From Coleofasciculus chthonoplastes F2-STO-03 (GTDB taxonomy: Bacteria; Cyanobacteriota; Cyanobacteriia; Cyanobacteriales; Coleofasciculaceae), in contig JAVJWO010000117.1 of the NCBI GenBank assembly GCA_040222015.1, positions 1 through 59,049 on the forward strand: a DNA stretch of 59,049 nt. The letters are read 5' to 3'. A program made the position numbers and the translations under genes. The notes beneath the pieces are model-generated. The model was not told where the DNA came from. It did no database searches and saw only the letters and a program-made list of their open reading frames with translations. Positions 30,384 through 40,965 of the stretch are shown here, in pieces. Positions within the stretch are counted from its first letter, which is position 1, and every line of letters begins with the position of its first letter.

Positions 30384-32990
30384 CTATCGCGCTGCTGTCG
30401 GCATCCCCAAAATATCCTCAATCTTGGGCATTTCTTCCAACGGAATCACTCGTCCTTCATCCTCAAATCCAGCAATTTGATCGAAATTCAAATACCGATA
30501 CAAATCACCAGCAAAAGGATTCAATTTCTCCGTCACAATCGCCGTATATTCCTCAACCGTGGGAATCCGTCCCAACAGCGCACAAACAGCAGCTAATTCC
30601 GCCGAACCGAGATAAACTCGCGCATCTTTGCCCATGCGATTGTTGAAGTTTCGAGTCGAGGTTGAAAATACCGTCGCCTCATCTTCAACTCGCGCTTGAT
30701 TTCCCATACATAGAGAACATCCCGGCATTTCTGTCCGTGCATCCGCCGCCGCAAAGGTATCATAAATCCCTTCTTCCCGCAGTTGCTTTTCATCCATTCG
30801 GGTAGGCGGACAAATCCAGAGGCGCACTTTTACCTTTCCTGCACCTTCTAACACCTTGGCAGCCGCGCGATAATGTCCAATATTGGTCATGCAAGACCCA
30901 ATAAACACTTCATCAATTTTGTCACCGGCACATTCGGACATTAATTTAACATTATCTGGGTCATTGGGTGCCGCGACAATCGGTTCTGTGATGTCGTTCA
31001 AATTGACTTCGATAATATCGGCATACTCGGCATCGGTATCCGCAGACATTAACTCTGGATTTGCCAACCATTGCTCCATTTTAGCCACCCGACGCAGAAT
31101 AGTCCGGGCATCTTGATAGCCTCGCGCTACCATATTTGTCAACAGCACAATGTTGGAACGCAGATACTCAGAAATTGTCTCTTTCCCCAGTTTAATGGTT
31201 GAGCCAGCACAAGAGCGTTCTGCCGTCGCATCAGTGAGTTCAAAGGCTTGTTCGACTTTTAAATCCGGTAAGCCTTCCATCTCCATAATCCGTCCGGAAA
31301 AGACGTTTTTCTTGTTCTCTTTGGCAACGGTTAATTTACCTTGTTGAATCGCCACATAAGGAATCGCATTGACAATATCCCGCAGGGTGACTCCCGGTTG
31401 CAATTCACCCGTAAACCGGACTAAGACGGATTCGGGCATATCTAAGGGCATAACCCCTAACGCTGCGGCAAAGGCGACTAACCCGGAACCAGCGGGGAAG
31501 GAAATTCCTAAGGGAAAACGGGTGTGGGAATCGCCACCTGTGCCAACGGTATCCGGTAATAACATCCGGTTTAACCAGGAGTGGATAATCCCATCCCCTG
31601 GGCGCAAAGCGACACCGCCACGAGTGGAGAAGAAATTGGGGAGTTCTTTGTGGGTGACAATATCCACGGGTTTGGGATAGGCGGCGGTATGGCAGAAACT
31701 CTGCATGACTAAATCGGCGCTGAATCCCAAACAGGCGAGTTCTTTGAGTTCGTCTCGTGTCATTGGACCGGTGGTATCTTGGGAACCAACGGTAGTCATT
31801 AAGGGTTCGCAGGAGGTACCGGGGCGCACGCCGGGTAAGCCGCAGGCTTTGCCCACCATTTTCTGTGCCAAGGTAAAGCCTTTATCGCTATCCTCAGGCA
31901 AGGTGGGACGAGTAAATAAGGTGCTGGGGGCTAATCCCAGGGCTTCACGGGTTTTATCGGTGAGACTGCGCCCAATTAATAGAGGAATACGCCCACCCGC
32001 GCGGACTTCATCCAGGATGGTTTCGGGTTTGAGTTTAAAGGTGGAAATGACTTCGCCGGCTTCGTTGGTGATTTCGCCTTTATAAGGATGGATGGTAATT
32101 ACCATTCCGGTTTCCATCTGGGTGACATCACACTCGATGGGTAATGCACCAGAGTCTTCAGCAGTGTTAAAGAAGATAGGCGCGATCGCACTCCCTAAAA
32201 TATACCCGCCTGCACGTTTATTGGGAACGTAGGGAATATCTTCGCCAATATGCCAAAGTACGGAGTTAATCGCGGATTTACGGGAGGAGCCTGTACCCAC
32301 AACATCGCCAACGTAAGCCACAGGATAGCCTTTTTCTTTCAGCTTGGCAATGGTTTCTAACCCATCTGGCATCAGGGATTCCAGCATCGCTAAGGCGTGG
32401 AGGGGGATATCCGGGCGAGTGGTGGCGTGGGTGGCGGGAGACAGATCGTCGGTGTTGGTTTCTCCGGGAACTTTGAAGACAGTGACGGTGATGGCTTTGG
32501 GGAGTTTGGCACGGCGGATAAACCATGCCCCATTTGCCCACCCATCAATCACCTGTTTGGCGTAGGGATTGACCTCTGAGAGGGCGAGGACATCGTTGAA
32601 GGCATCATACACCAAGGTAATTTTACTCAGTTCAACGGCGGCTTCATACCCTAAGGGGTTGTCTGGGGATTTGAGTAAATCAACCAGGGATTGGACGTTG
32701 TAACCGCCTACCATTGTCCCCAAAAGGTCTACAGCACCTTGGTGACTGATTAGGGGGCTGGTGATTTCGCCTTTAGCAATGGCGGTGAGGAAGCCTGCTT
32801 TAATATAGGCGGCTTCGTCAACACCGGGAGGAACGCGATCGCGAATCAGGTGCATTAATGTTTCTTTTTCCCCCGGTGGCGGGTTTTTCAGCAGTTCGCA
32901 CAGTTCTGTTGTCTGTTTGGCGTCTAGGGGTAGGGGGGGAATGCCGAGTTCGGCGCGTTCAGCAGCGTGTTGGCGATAGGCTTCTAGCAT
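30384..32990 (-). CDS. acnB: Aconitate hydratase B
   Basis: [40 protein letters not shown], and [10 protein letters not shown]. Confidence 0.98.
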   Translation of the reverse strand: MLEAYRQHAAERAELGIPPLPLDAKQTTELCELLKNPPPGEKETLMHLIRDRVPPGVDEAAYIKAGFLTAIAKGEITSPLISHQGAVDLLGTMVGGYNVQSLVDLLKSPDNPLGYEAAVELSKITLVYDAFNDVLALSEVNPYAKQVIDGWANGAWFIRRAKLPKAITVTVFKVPGETNTDDLSPATHATTRPDIPLHALAMLESLMPDGLETIAKLKEKGYPVAYVGDVVGTGSSRKSAINSVLWHIGEDIPYVPNKRAGGYILGSAIAPIFFNTAEDSGALPIECDVTQMETGMVITIHPYKGEITNEAGEVISTFKLKPETILDEVRAGGRIPLLIGRSLTDKTREALGLAPSTLFTRPTLPEDSDKGFTLAQKMVGKACGLPGVRPGTSCEPLMTTVGSQDTTGPMTRDELKELACLGFSADLVMQSFCHTAAYPKPVDIVTHKELPNFFSTRGGVALRPGDGIIHSWLNRMLLPDTVGTGGDSHTRFPLGISFPAGSGLVAFAAALGVMPLDMPESVLVRFTGELQPGVTLRDIVNAIPYVAIQQGKLTVAKENKKNVFSGRIMEMEGLPDLKVEQAFELTDATAERSCAGSTIKLGKETISEYLRSNIVLLTNMVARGYQDARTILRRVAKMEQWLANPELMSADTDAEYADIIEVNLNDITEPIVAAPNDPDNVKLMSECAGDKIDEVFIGSCMTNIGHYRAAAKVLEGAGKVKVRLWICPPTRMDEKQLREEGIYDTFAAADARTEMPGCSLCMGNQARVEDEATVFSTSTRNFNNRMGKDARVYLGSAELAAVCALLGRIPTVEEYTAIVTEKLNPFAGDLYRYLNFDQIAGFEDEGRVIPLEEMPKIEDILGMPTAAR

Positions 32991-33505
32991 TCTAGTTGTC
33001 TCCTCTCTGAGTGTTTGCTGGCATTTTGGCAGTTCAGGTTAGAATTTTTCAAGTGCGGTTTTTCTGTCTGCCTGTTGCATAGATAAAGGGTACTGTCTTC
33101 TCAGGCTCTTTATTGTTGGCAGTGAACGCTTATCATAGAATTTCTCTCGGTGCTGTATCTGATTTAACCTAGCCTTGGCGTTTTATCTCCTTGAGGCTAA
33201 ATCATAGGGGTCATGAGTACGGATTGACAACTGAGGAACAGGTAGAGTTTTGAGTTAACTCTCAACTTCTGCATCTCTCCCATCTTCCTCATCTGTACCT
33301 TTTTCTTCTAGAAACGATTTTTAGACATGTTCCTGAAAATTAGGCTAGAATTTATATCATAAAGGTAAATATACGTCAAGCTCATAGCAGTAGATTTACC
33401 GTTCTGAAGCGGGGCAAGTTTTTCTAATTCTTATAGATTTAGGGTGAGGCTGGCAGGGTTTCAGACTCGGCATTCTACAACAGTAATTTAAGGAAGGCGA
33501 TCACC

Positions 33506-33829
33506 ATGAAATTCACAATTGTTATACTGACTACAATTCTCACCACAATCGGCATAACGAGTGGAGCAATGGTTCAAGCCAGAACTCCCACTCAAGAATT
33601 TTTCGAGCAGGGATGGGAGCAATTAGAGCGAGAAATTCGCACTCTCCAGCAAGACAATCTGGAAGCGGAGGAAAGCCTGCAACAAGAATCTGAAACGGAG
33701 CCGCTATTGGATGTGAATCCAACGGCTGATAGTGAAACCCATTTAGAGATTGAGGGTATTGAGCCACCGAATTCTCAGCCTGATCCGGTAGATGATTCGC
33801 CTGATGAACTACCCAGACCTACTCCGTAG
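33506..33829 (+). CDS. Secreted acidic hypothetical protein; last codons supplied by an IS605 end
   Basis: Signal peptide and a FFEQG.EQLEREI motif. Bases from 33805 onward are IS right end. Confidence 0.65.
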   Translation: MKFTIVILTTILTTIGITSGAMVQARTPTQEFFEQGWEQLEREIRTLQQDNLEAEESLQQESETEPLLDVNPTADSETHLEIEGIEPPNSQPDPVDDSPDELPRPTP

Positions 33830-35145
33830 AGGTCCCTTGTTTCTACAACCAGACCAGTAGGACTGTGTTTCTGACGCTTCATCTGCCCTAGTTGCTTCAT
33901 GCTTCCCGTTCGCTTACGCTTGCGGGTTTCTGAAGTAGAGCTAGAGGCATCAGCGTCTACGAGGCTGGTTCCCAACCCCGGTAGAATTCCTAACGCCCAC
34001 AAAAGCATTACCAAGGCTGCGGCTAAATCCCTATCCATGGTAAATCCGCATTTATGGCAATGATGAACTCTTTCATCCAAGGTCTTTTTCTGCTGATTTC
34101 CACAGTTAGGACAAGTCTGGGATGGTTTCACTTTTCGAGTAGGAACCTCGACAAACACTCCACCCGCGTCCTTCACTTTATATTCAATCGCTGACCTCAG
34201 CATTCCCATACCCACATCTAAGATGGATTTATTTAGCCCAGCTTTTTGCTTTTTGCGCTTACCTTTCTTAGAAGAGCGGGTCATCTTAGAGATTTCTAGT
34301 TTTTCCGTAGCAACGAAGCTATTACAGCGTACAATTTCTGTTGCTACTTGGTGTACCCAGTTTTGGCGTTGGTTCGCTACCTGGCGAGTTACCTTGCTAA
34401 TTTTTGCCTGGGTCTTTTTCCACCGACTAGAACCATTCTGTTTTTTCCTTCTGTTGGGAGCTCTCTTACGACGCTTTCCCTTGGAAATATGTTTAATCTT
34501 TGCCTCAGCTTTTCGCAAAAACTTAGGGGGCCTCATAAAAGAATGGTTTTCCCCATCGGTAATCACTAATGCTGATTTGCACCCAAAATCAATGCCAACT
34601 GAACCAAAATCTGTTTGTCTTGTCGCTGCCTGCAATTCAGTTAGATTAACGGTTATACTGGCATACCATTTTTCATTACGGTAGACAATGGTGCAGGTCG
34701 TTGGAATTCCCCATATACGGGCTTTACCGCGCATCTGAATCGAACCGATTTTAGCTAAATCTAGATAACCGTTATCACCTGTTGTCTGTACCTTCCAGCC
34801 TGTTTTACTCGGATACGTCCAGCCAGAATAATGCTTGATTGACTTATACCTAGGACGTTTAGCTAACCCTTTAAACCAACGATTAAAAGCGTAATCGACA
34901 CGCTTTAAAGTGGCTTGTAAGGTCGTGCTGTTACATTCCTTGTACTCAGTCCAAACTTCCTTGAAAGCGGGCAAGGAGTTTTGTTGCTCGAAGTAGTCAA
35001 CCCGATGGTTAAACTTTTGGTACTGGGTGAACCGATTGCAAACAGCAGCGTTATACAGCTCTTTATGCAACTTACGGTGATACCGCAATGCTGAAGATTG
35101 CTTCTTATTGGGGTATAGCCGAAAAGTTACACGTCGGACTGGCAT
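33775..35145 (-). CDS. tnpB: RNA-guided endonuclease TnpB (IS200/IS605)
   Basis: RuvC-I VGIDFG, RuvC-II ATEKL, Zn finger CPNC/CHKC, and RuvC-III DRDLAAA. Confidence 0.93.
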   Translation of the reverse strand: MPVRRVTFRLYPNKKQSSALRYHRKLHKELYNAAVCNRFTQYQKFNHRVDYFEQQNSLPAFKEVWTEYKECNSTTLQATLKRVDYAFNRWFKGLAKRPRYKSIKHYSGWTYPSKTGWKVQTTGDNGYLDLAKIGSIQMRGKARIWGIPTTCTIVYRNEKWYASITVNLTELQAATRQTDFGSVGIDFGCKSALVITDGENHSFMRPPKFLRKAEAKIKHISKGKRRKRAPNRRKKQNGSSRWKKTQAKISKVTRQVANQRQNWVHQVATEIVRCNSFVATEKLEISKMTRSSKKGKRKKQKAGLNKSILDVGMGMLRSAIEYKVKDAGGVFVEVPTRKVKPSQTCPNCGNQQKKTLDERVHHCHKCGFTMDRDLAAALVMLLWALGILPGLGTSLVDADASSSTSETRKRKRTGSMKQLGQMKRQKHSPTGLVVETRDLYGVGLGSSSGESSTGSG

Positions 35146-35501
35146 CGCTTTTCCCTCCTGTTACACTTAACATAGCACCTTGAAGTGGGGGTATGTCAAG
35201 TGAAAGCTAGAAAAGGTTCTCAATCTGTATTTTCTATTCAACTGCATATAGTGTTCGTGACTAAATCGGCGTTTTGGTCAGGATCTTATTATGTTGCTTC
35301 TACTGGCGGCGCTCCCATTGAGAGCAATTTTGGCTTATAATCAAGTCCCAGGAAAAACCTCAAGATTAACCCTGAGCGAAGTCGAAGGGTTGATTGCCTC
35401 CGTTCCTCCGGCAATCCGCTCCCTATCCCCACCCTATAGGCGTCATTCTTTCCTGACGGCTACGAAAATCCGCCTATTGAGGGTGGGGACTTCCGCGATA
35501 C
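33805..35501 (-). mobile_element. IS200/IS605 family element (intact tnpB, deleted tnpA)
   Basis: Right end ...GGGTAGTTCA at 33805. Left-end hairpin CCCCACCCT...AGGGTGGGG at about 35426-35488, preceded on the minus strand by TTAAC. Confidence 0.75.
35193..35369 (+). pseudogene. tnpA: IS200 TnpA remnant, internally deleted
   Basis: RKGSQSVFSIQLHIVFVTK is joined directly to AFWSGSYYVASTGGAPIE. The HuH region is missing and the tail is frameshifted. Confidence 0.85.
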
Positions 35502-35614
35502 GTTAACTAGAGTACCGCTTGGTGTAACCTCAGTTAATGGTTATCAAAACAGGTTTACAAATGACTAAGGACAAATGACTAAGGACGATCCCCACAGACT
35601 TAACCCTTCCAGAA

Positions 35615-36031
35615 TCAATCTCCAGAAATATGAACCACAACTTCGCGATTGTGTCTATATTGTCGATGCTCCCAAATATAAATTCCTTGCCAGGTTCCTA
35701 ACATCAATCTGCCATTGCCAATGGGGATCTGTTCTGAGGTTTGGGTTAAAGCCGTCCGGATATGGGCGGGCATATCATCGGGTCCTTCGGTATCGTGGAT
35801 GTAACTGCCATCTTCTGGGACTAATTTGGCAAAGAAATTCGATAAATCTGTCAATACATCAGGATCAGCATTTTCTTGAATCACCAGACTGGCTGACGTG
35901 TGACGCAAAAATACAGTACACAGTCCGGTGTCAATTCCTGATTCCTCAACGATGTCTTTGACGTTTGAGGTGATGCGGGTAAAGGATTTTGCGGTTGTTT
36001 TGATTGTAAATTTCTGTTGATAATGGGTCAT
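35615..36031 (-). CDS. yjbQ: Secondary thiamine-phosphate synthase YjbQ (UPF0047)
   Basis: HTSASL.IQENADPDV, EGPDDMPAHI, and LGTWQGIY.WEHR. Confidence 0.93.
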   Translation of the reverse strand: MTHYQQKFTIKTTAKSFTRITSNVKDIVEESGIDTGLCTVFLRHTSASLVIQENADPDVLTDLSNFFAKLVPEDGSYIHDTEGPDDMPAHIRTALTQTSEQIPIGNGRLMLGTWQGIYIWEHRQYRHNREVVVHISGD

Positions 36032-36078
36032 TGATTCATTACATTAGAATATAGAGTCTCAAGTCGCCAGCTAGAAGG

Positions 36079-36678
36079 CTAACCCAGTTGCTTGAGTTCA
36101 TGGTCTTCGTGTTCTTCGTCTTCAGCGAATTCTTCGTCATCCTCTTCATCGTCTTCTTCGCGATCGCCAATTCCTAATTTCTCTGACAAGTGGGCGACTA
36201 AAGGGTCTTCCTCATCGACGTTTTCGACTTCATCATATTCGTCTTCCACGTTAATGTCGGATGCTTCAGATTCTATCTCGGCGGATTCTACCTGTTCTAA
36301 CGTTTCTAACGCTTCTGTTTCATCGGATTCTTGATCACATTCATTAGTTACCGATGTTTCGACGAACTCAGTAACCACCTCTACCAATTCTGCCTCATCT
36401 GTGTCATCCTCAATGTCATCCTCCAATTCCTCTGGAGTGTCAGCCATAACCTGTTCAGAACTGTCTTCCTCATCGGTATCCGATACCTGATCATCTAGTA
36501 ACTCAGACTCATCCGCCTGTTTCACCTGAGGGTCCCGCCAAGGAGAATCATAACGATGCCACGGTAGGATTGGCTTATTGGGCAGGTTGCGCGTCAACAC
36601 CGTGATGTTGTCTGCGTCGGGTTCTGGTAAATTTAACCGTTTCCCAGAAGAGTTTTTGTGAACGTGTTGAGAAGTCAT
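36079..36678 (-). CDS. Highly acidic hypothetical protein
   Basis: The N-terminus LPEP...N.TV..R.LP..PILPWH.YDSPW is followed by D/E-rich low complexity. Operon-like spacing. Confidence 0.7.
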   Translation of the reverse strand: MTSQHVHKNSSGKRLNLPEPDADNITVLTRNLPNKPILPWHRYDSPWRDPQVKQADESELLDDQVSDTDEEDSSEQVMADTPEELEDDIEDDTDEAELVEVVTEFVETSVTNECDQESDETEALETLEQVESAEIESEASDINVEDEYDEVENVDEEDPLVAHLSEKLGIGDREEDDEEDDEEFAEDEEHEDHELKQLG

Positions 36679-36689
36679 AATCGCAAGAC

Positions 36690-37511
36690 CTAGCCAAAAC
36701 TACTCAGGTCAATCAACGGCACGAAGTAAATCCCTACAACATGCAGGGTAATAACCAAGGCTAACCCCCAGGTCACATAAGCAGAATATTGTAAGGATGA
36801 TGAGACATCCTCCAATCGCTGCTTGTTTGCATTATAGGTCTCTACTAGGTTAACAATCATTCGCAGGTGATATTCATCTGGCGACAGGACGAGATAACGT
36901 TCCAAAAATTTCTTATCGCCCAAATTGGGGCTAACGGCTAACTGGCGCGGTAAGAAGGCGTTGATCAGCAGAGTGAAATTTACCAGAAATCCGAAAAGTT
37001 CGGCAAGGCTAAACCCGTTGGGAAAGAATAATAACCGTGATATGGTTAAGCTAGTGAACAAAGCGCCGTTGGTAACAAATAAGATATTTAACTTCGTGGT
37101 TAAGCTTTGGCTTTGCTCCCGTTGCTGATCAATGACCAAGCGGACATCATGGGCGGCTAATTCCAGGGTAGACGATGATGTACTCTCTTTTTCTTTTTTC
37201 TGGTCTGAGGGTTTGGTCGTCTTAGTGGTTTTCGTCGTCTTGGCTGTTTTCGTCTTAGTCGCCTCTGGGGTTTTAGGGGGTTGGGCAGGTTTGACGGTTT
37301 CAGCGGGTTCTGAACCTTTCTGGTTTTTTGCGGTTTCCGTTGTCTTGGGCGTTTTAGCTGTCTTTACCCTCTCTGTAGTCTCTGGCGTTTTCGGCTTGTC
37401 TAGGGTTTCAGTGGCTTCTGGACTATTGCCTGTCTTGGGCGTTTCTGATCCATCTGAGGTTTTCGAGGTAGGTGCGGTTTTGTCTAGTAGAGAATTCACA
37501 GTAGCTATCAT
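36690..37511 (-). CDS. Hypothetical membrane protein with P/K/T-rich N-terminal repeats
   Basis: A low-complexity PKTxET region is followed by about three hydrophobic helices. Confidence 0.75.
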   Translation of the reverse strand: MIATVNSLLDKTAPTSKTSDGSETPKTGNSPEATETLDKPKTPETTERVKTAKTPKTTETAKNQKGSEPAETVKPAQPPKTPEATKTKTAKTTKTTKTTKPSDQKKEKESTSSSTLELAAHDVRLVIDQQREQSQSLTTKLNILFVTNGALFTSLTISRLLFFPNGFSLAELFGFLVNFTLLINAFLPRQLAVSPNLGDKKFLERYLVLSPDEYHLRMIVNLVETYNANKQRLEDVSSSLQYSAYVTWGLALVITLHVVGIYFVPLIDLSSFG

Positions 37512-37517
37512 GTCAGG

Positions 37518-38609
37518 TTAGGAAGATGAGAGAGTTTGTAAATAATGGACAACAGCTTGTGCGATCGCGTCAGCCCCATTTTTGGCGATAGGCTGGGATT
37601 GTCTGGGAGGATTGAGAGATTGGTGTAAAAATTCCCAGTCACCTAGGAAAAATTCTTTGGGGGTCACAATTTGATGGTACGCATAATTTTGAATACCTTC
37701 CAGTAGCAAGGGAGATTCGGCAAAATCTTTGCGGGTGAGGGAGATGATCGGAATGTCTAGACGTAGCGCTTCGGCAAAGGTACTGTATCCCGGCTTAGAT
37801 ATCACTCGTCCACATAAGGGCATCATATCTACAGGGCGATAGTCTCGACCCAAGATTTTCAGTACATTGGGTAAATCGGGGGCATTGGCGTCAAAGGTGA
37901 TAAATTGCCAGTCGGGAAACTGGGATAGGGTACTGTAGGGAATGTCCTGCAAACTGAGTCCACCAAAGGAGAGTAATACGGTTTTCTCTGGGGGTGAGGT
38001 TAAACTTAGCCTTTCTCGCAACTGGCTGACTGGATAACTGGGTGTTCCACCTGTGAGTCCCACATCCGTGATATTCGGGAATGCTGTCATCGGTTCGTGT
38101 AAGGGGAGACGAAACAAGCGATCGCAGACGCTGTAACATTCGCTAATCCAATCGGCAATCTCGACAAATTCTCCACCCCACGCCCGGTAAATAAAGTCCC
38201 AGCCGAAGTTACTCATCATCCAACCGGGAATCCCTGCCGTTTTAGCTATTTTGGCAGCTAAGGGAGGAATATCCGCTAGTACAAGTCCGACACGATTGGT
38301 TTGGATAAAATTAACTTCACCGGCAATTATTGAATTTTCTGAGGCACGAATTTGCTTGAGTTTTGCCAATGTCGCTTCCTTATCCATGGTCAAGCTATCC
38401 GACTGAATCACGCCAATATCAAAGGCGCGGGGGCGATGAATAAAATCTCCGGGAATATAAGAGTCCAATAACCAACGTGGGGCTGTAGTTACTAAAATTA
38501 GTAGGATGTCTGGACAGAGATTTTGGATCGCGGCGGCGACACAAGCCGCACGAACCGCATGACCAAAGCCATGGTTGGTGATCGCGATGTATATGGTAGG
38601 TCGAGGCAT
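37518..38609 (-). CDS. GT-B glycosyltransferase (arabinokinase N-terminal-like)
   Basis: HGFGHA.R, DIPPLA, SNFGWD.IY, SKPGYSTFAEA, and R.DFAE. Confidence 0.85.
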   Translation of the reverse strand: MPRPTIYIAITNHGFGHAVRAACVAAAIQNLCPDILLILVTTAPRWLLDSYIPGDFIHRPRAFDIGVIQSDSLTMDKEATLAKLKQIRASENSIIAGEVNFIQTNRVGLVLADIPPLAAKIAKTAGIPGWMMSNFGWDFIYRAWGGEFVEIADWISECYSVCDRLFRLPLHEPMTAFPNITDVGLTGGTPSYPVSQLRERLSLTSPPEKTVLLSFGGLSLQDIPYSTLSQFPDWQFITFDANAPDLPNVLKILGRDYRPVDMMPLCGRVISKPGYSTFAEALRLDIPIISLTRKDFAESPLLLEGIQNYAYHQIVTPKEFFLGDWEFLHQSLNPPRQSQPIAKNGADAIAQAVVHYLQTLSSS

Positions 38610-38804
38610 GCTTAGGTGTTCAAAGATAGGGAACTCTTAACAGGGAACAGGCAATCTGTAATTTATCTGATTCAATTGCCATAATTCATAAGAAGGCAGG
38701 GGAATCTCTGGCGAAAAGAAAATAACCCAGTTTACGCGACCTTTCCGGGGTGGCTAGTTTTGTCCTGATCCAGAAGACAATTTCTGTAGAACAAGACAAC
38801 ACCC

Positions 38805-40238
38805 TTGGAAGGATTGAAGACTGTGACAGCCAAACTGAATGCGAATGGTCGTTATCAAAATTTACATCCTGCTAATAAATGTTACACAAGGGAACATCAC
38901 TCTGTTCCGTTAAATAAACAAGCTAATCGCCGCCTGAACACCTCTCTACAGAATGTGTCGAGTCTTGCCCTCTATAGCGTAGCGGCAATGGCTGCCCCCG
39001 CTTTTTCTCATCCCGCCTGGGCAAAATCTTCAGTGCAGACGACCTATCAGCCTGATACTATTGTGCCAAGCGCGATCGCAGCCAGTGAAACCCAGGTAGA
39101 ATCATCCGCCCCATCAACCCCTAACCCTCAAACTGTTACCTCACCAGAGACGATCATTGTCCAGGAATTTGCGCCAGAAGCCGTTGTGAAGCCAGTGGTT
39201 CGACAGGTTCACCAATCGGATAGAGATGGGGAAATGGTATCGTCAGACTTAGAGAGTCTCCAGCCAATTGTGCCAAGGGGAGTTAGTGGTAGACAGACAC
39301 CGGACAATCGCCAATTTAGAGTAGACAAAGATGCACGAGATGAGCCTCATGTCAAGACCTTTGCCATAGATCGGGAAAGTCAGGGGAATCAGGATGAACG
39401 GCAAAACCGACAATCGGTTGCCAATAGTCCGAAACAGCCCTGTCGTGCAACTCAACCTATGATTTTGGCACAAGCGCCCAATCCGACACAACCCGCACCC
39501 TGTCGGGACGTTAACCGCTTGCAAGAGGAGTTGCGATCGCTAGAAGATATAGACACTCAAGAACCCTTACGTGCCTCCCCAGCTTTGAGTATTGTTATTC
39601 CTACAGCTTATGGCGCTCATCGCAATACAGGGTTTGTTAGCGCTACTTATCAAGAACGCACCCGCTATAGTGATGTTGATGATGGGGCGTTAGGCATTGG
39701 CATTGGGTTGGGTGATGCTGAGAAGTCTGTGGGGGTAGAACTTTCATACGCACTTGCTAGTTTCGGGTCTAGTCGGGATTTTGGCAGTGGTGGTTTTAAT
39801 GCCAAAGTGCATCGTCGCTTACCCCAAGGTTGGGCGGTTGCGGCGGGTTGGAATGGTTTGATTAACCTGGGTGATGATAATGACTTTGAGCATTCCGTTT
39901 ATGGCGTGGTGAGTAAGATTATTCGGACGCGAGAGGATATTAATCAACCCTTCAGTCGTGTGGCGATAACAGCGGGAATCGGTAATGGACAGTTTCGCAC
40001 GGAGGAAGCGGTAGAGGATGATAATGGCACGATTAATGTGTTTGGTAACGTTGCGGTGCGGGTAGCTGAACCGGTGAGTTTAATTGCTGAATGGACGGGA
40101 CAAGACTTGGGCGTAGGTGTGTCCATTGCTCCCTTTAAAAATATCCCATTGGTAATTACCCCAGCATTGCGAGATATTGCCGGGGCTGGAGATGGGGCGC
40201 GATTTGTTTTGGGTGCAGGGTTAGGGTTTAAGTTTTGA
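38805..40238 (+). CDS. Putative outer-membrane beta-barrel protein (start uncertain)
   Basis: Signal-like segment, disordered linker, SP..SI..PTAYGA motif, amphipathic strands, and a C-terminal Phe (GLGFKF). Confidence 0.7.
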   Translation: MEGLKTVTAKLNANGRYQNLHPANKCYTREHHSVPLNKQANRRLNTSLQNVSSLALYSVAAMAAPAFSHPAWAKSSVQTTYQPDTIVPSAIAASETQVESSAPSTPNPQTVTSPETIIVQEFAPEAVVKPVVRQVHQSDRDGEMVSSDLESLQPIVPRGVSGRQTPDNRQFRVDKDARDEPHVKTFAIDRESQGNQDERQNRQSVANSPKQPCRATQPMILAQAPNPTQPAPCRDVNRLQEELRSLEDIDTQEPLRASPALSIVIPTAYGAHRNTGFVSATYQERTRYSDVDDGALGIGIGLGDAEKSVGVELSYALASFGSSRDFGSGGFNAKVHRRLPQGWAVAAGWNGLINLGDDNDFEHSVYGVVSKIIRTREDINQPFSRVAITAGIGNGQFRTEEAVEDDNGTINVFGNVAVRVAEPVSLIAEWTGQDLGVGVSIAPFKNIPLVITPALRDIAGAGDGARFVLGAGLGFKF

Positions 40239-40275
40239 GTATGTATGAGCGGGTTTCACTATTATCGTTTGTTGT

Positions 40276-40379
40276 TAAGCTGTCATGCATTTAAATTGGG
40301 TATTAGTAGCGAGCTTTCCGGCTCGCACACCAACGATTTCGCCATTATTGACATTAAGGTTTAAATGCCGAACAGCTTA
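40276..40379. mobile_element. IS630-type MITE (TAAGCTGT...ACAGCTTA) nested in a REP
   Basis: Terminal inverted repeats with TA ends. An inverted homolog lies at 49268-49372. Confidence 0.7.
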
Positions 40380-40442
40380 CCCTAATGTTACTAAACCCGC
40401 CCTGACTGAGTTTTGTATAAATTGGAATATGGAGTGAATGGG

Positions 40443-40850
40443 ATGAAAGTAAAGCAACGGATAGTTGGGACAATAACAACTTTAGTTATGGGTACTGGGT
40501 TAATCGCAACATCTACCAATGCTCAACCCCCCAACCAGTCAGATATTACCGGAACGAATATCTGGAATAATACTGCACCTATTTTTGATCAAGATGGCGA
40601 ATTAGATCCAGCTATATTAGAGAATGCTCGTCGTCTGGATCAAGCCTTAGAAGACGCGGCTGAGGGTTGCTGTGATGCGGTTCAGCCAGAGGCTCCGCGT
40701 CGATTTGCTAGAGAACCGGGAAATCCGAATCCGGCTTGTGCAGATTGTCTAGAGTTGAATCGTTTAGTTGAGGAAACCGAGATATTTTTGGATGAAGTCA
40801 ATCGCACTCAGGGAGCGCGAGTCAACGCCAGTCGTAATCGTCTTTGGTAG
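40443..40850 (+). CDS. Secreted hypothetical protein
   Basis: Signal peptide, a SDITGTNIWNNTAP motif, and a PRRFAR segment flanked by Cys residues. Confidence 0.7.
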   Translation: MKVKQRIVGTITTLVMGTGLIATSTNAQPPNQSDITGTNIWNNTAPIFDQDGELDPAILENARRLDQALEDAAEGCCDAVQPEAPRRFAREPGNPNPACADCLELNRLVEETEIFLDEVNRTQGARVNASRNRLW

Positions 40851-40965
40851 GGATAAACATGGCAAAGGGGTTAAGTAGGGGCGGGTTTTACGACTATCTT
40901 TTCGGTTGCACCCAGATGTGACTAAACCCGCCCCTACACAGGCGTCATGGCGCTCCAGACGCGCC

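Noticed and set aside
30593..32579. Short ORFs overlapping acnB (and similar ones inside NACHT, DUF5682, kinase, gap1, tnpB, crtA)
   Set aside because: They are antisense or alternate-frame shadows of well-supported genes.
33775..35145. Nuclease-dead TnpB (TldR-like) or Cas12
   Set aside because: All three RuvC acidic residues are present, IS ends and a tnpA remnant flank it, and there is no CRISPR array.
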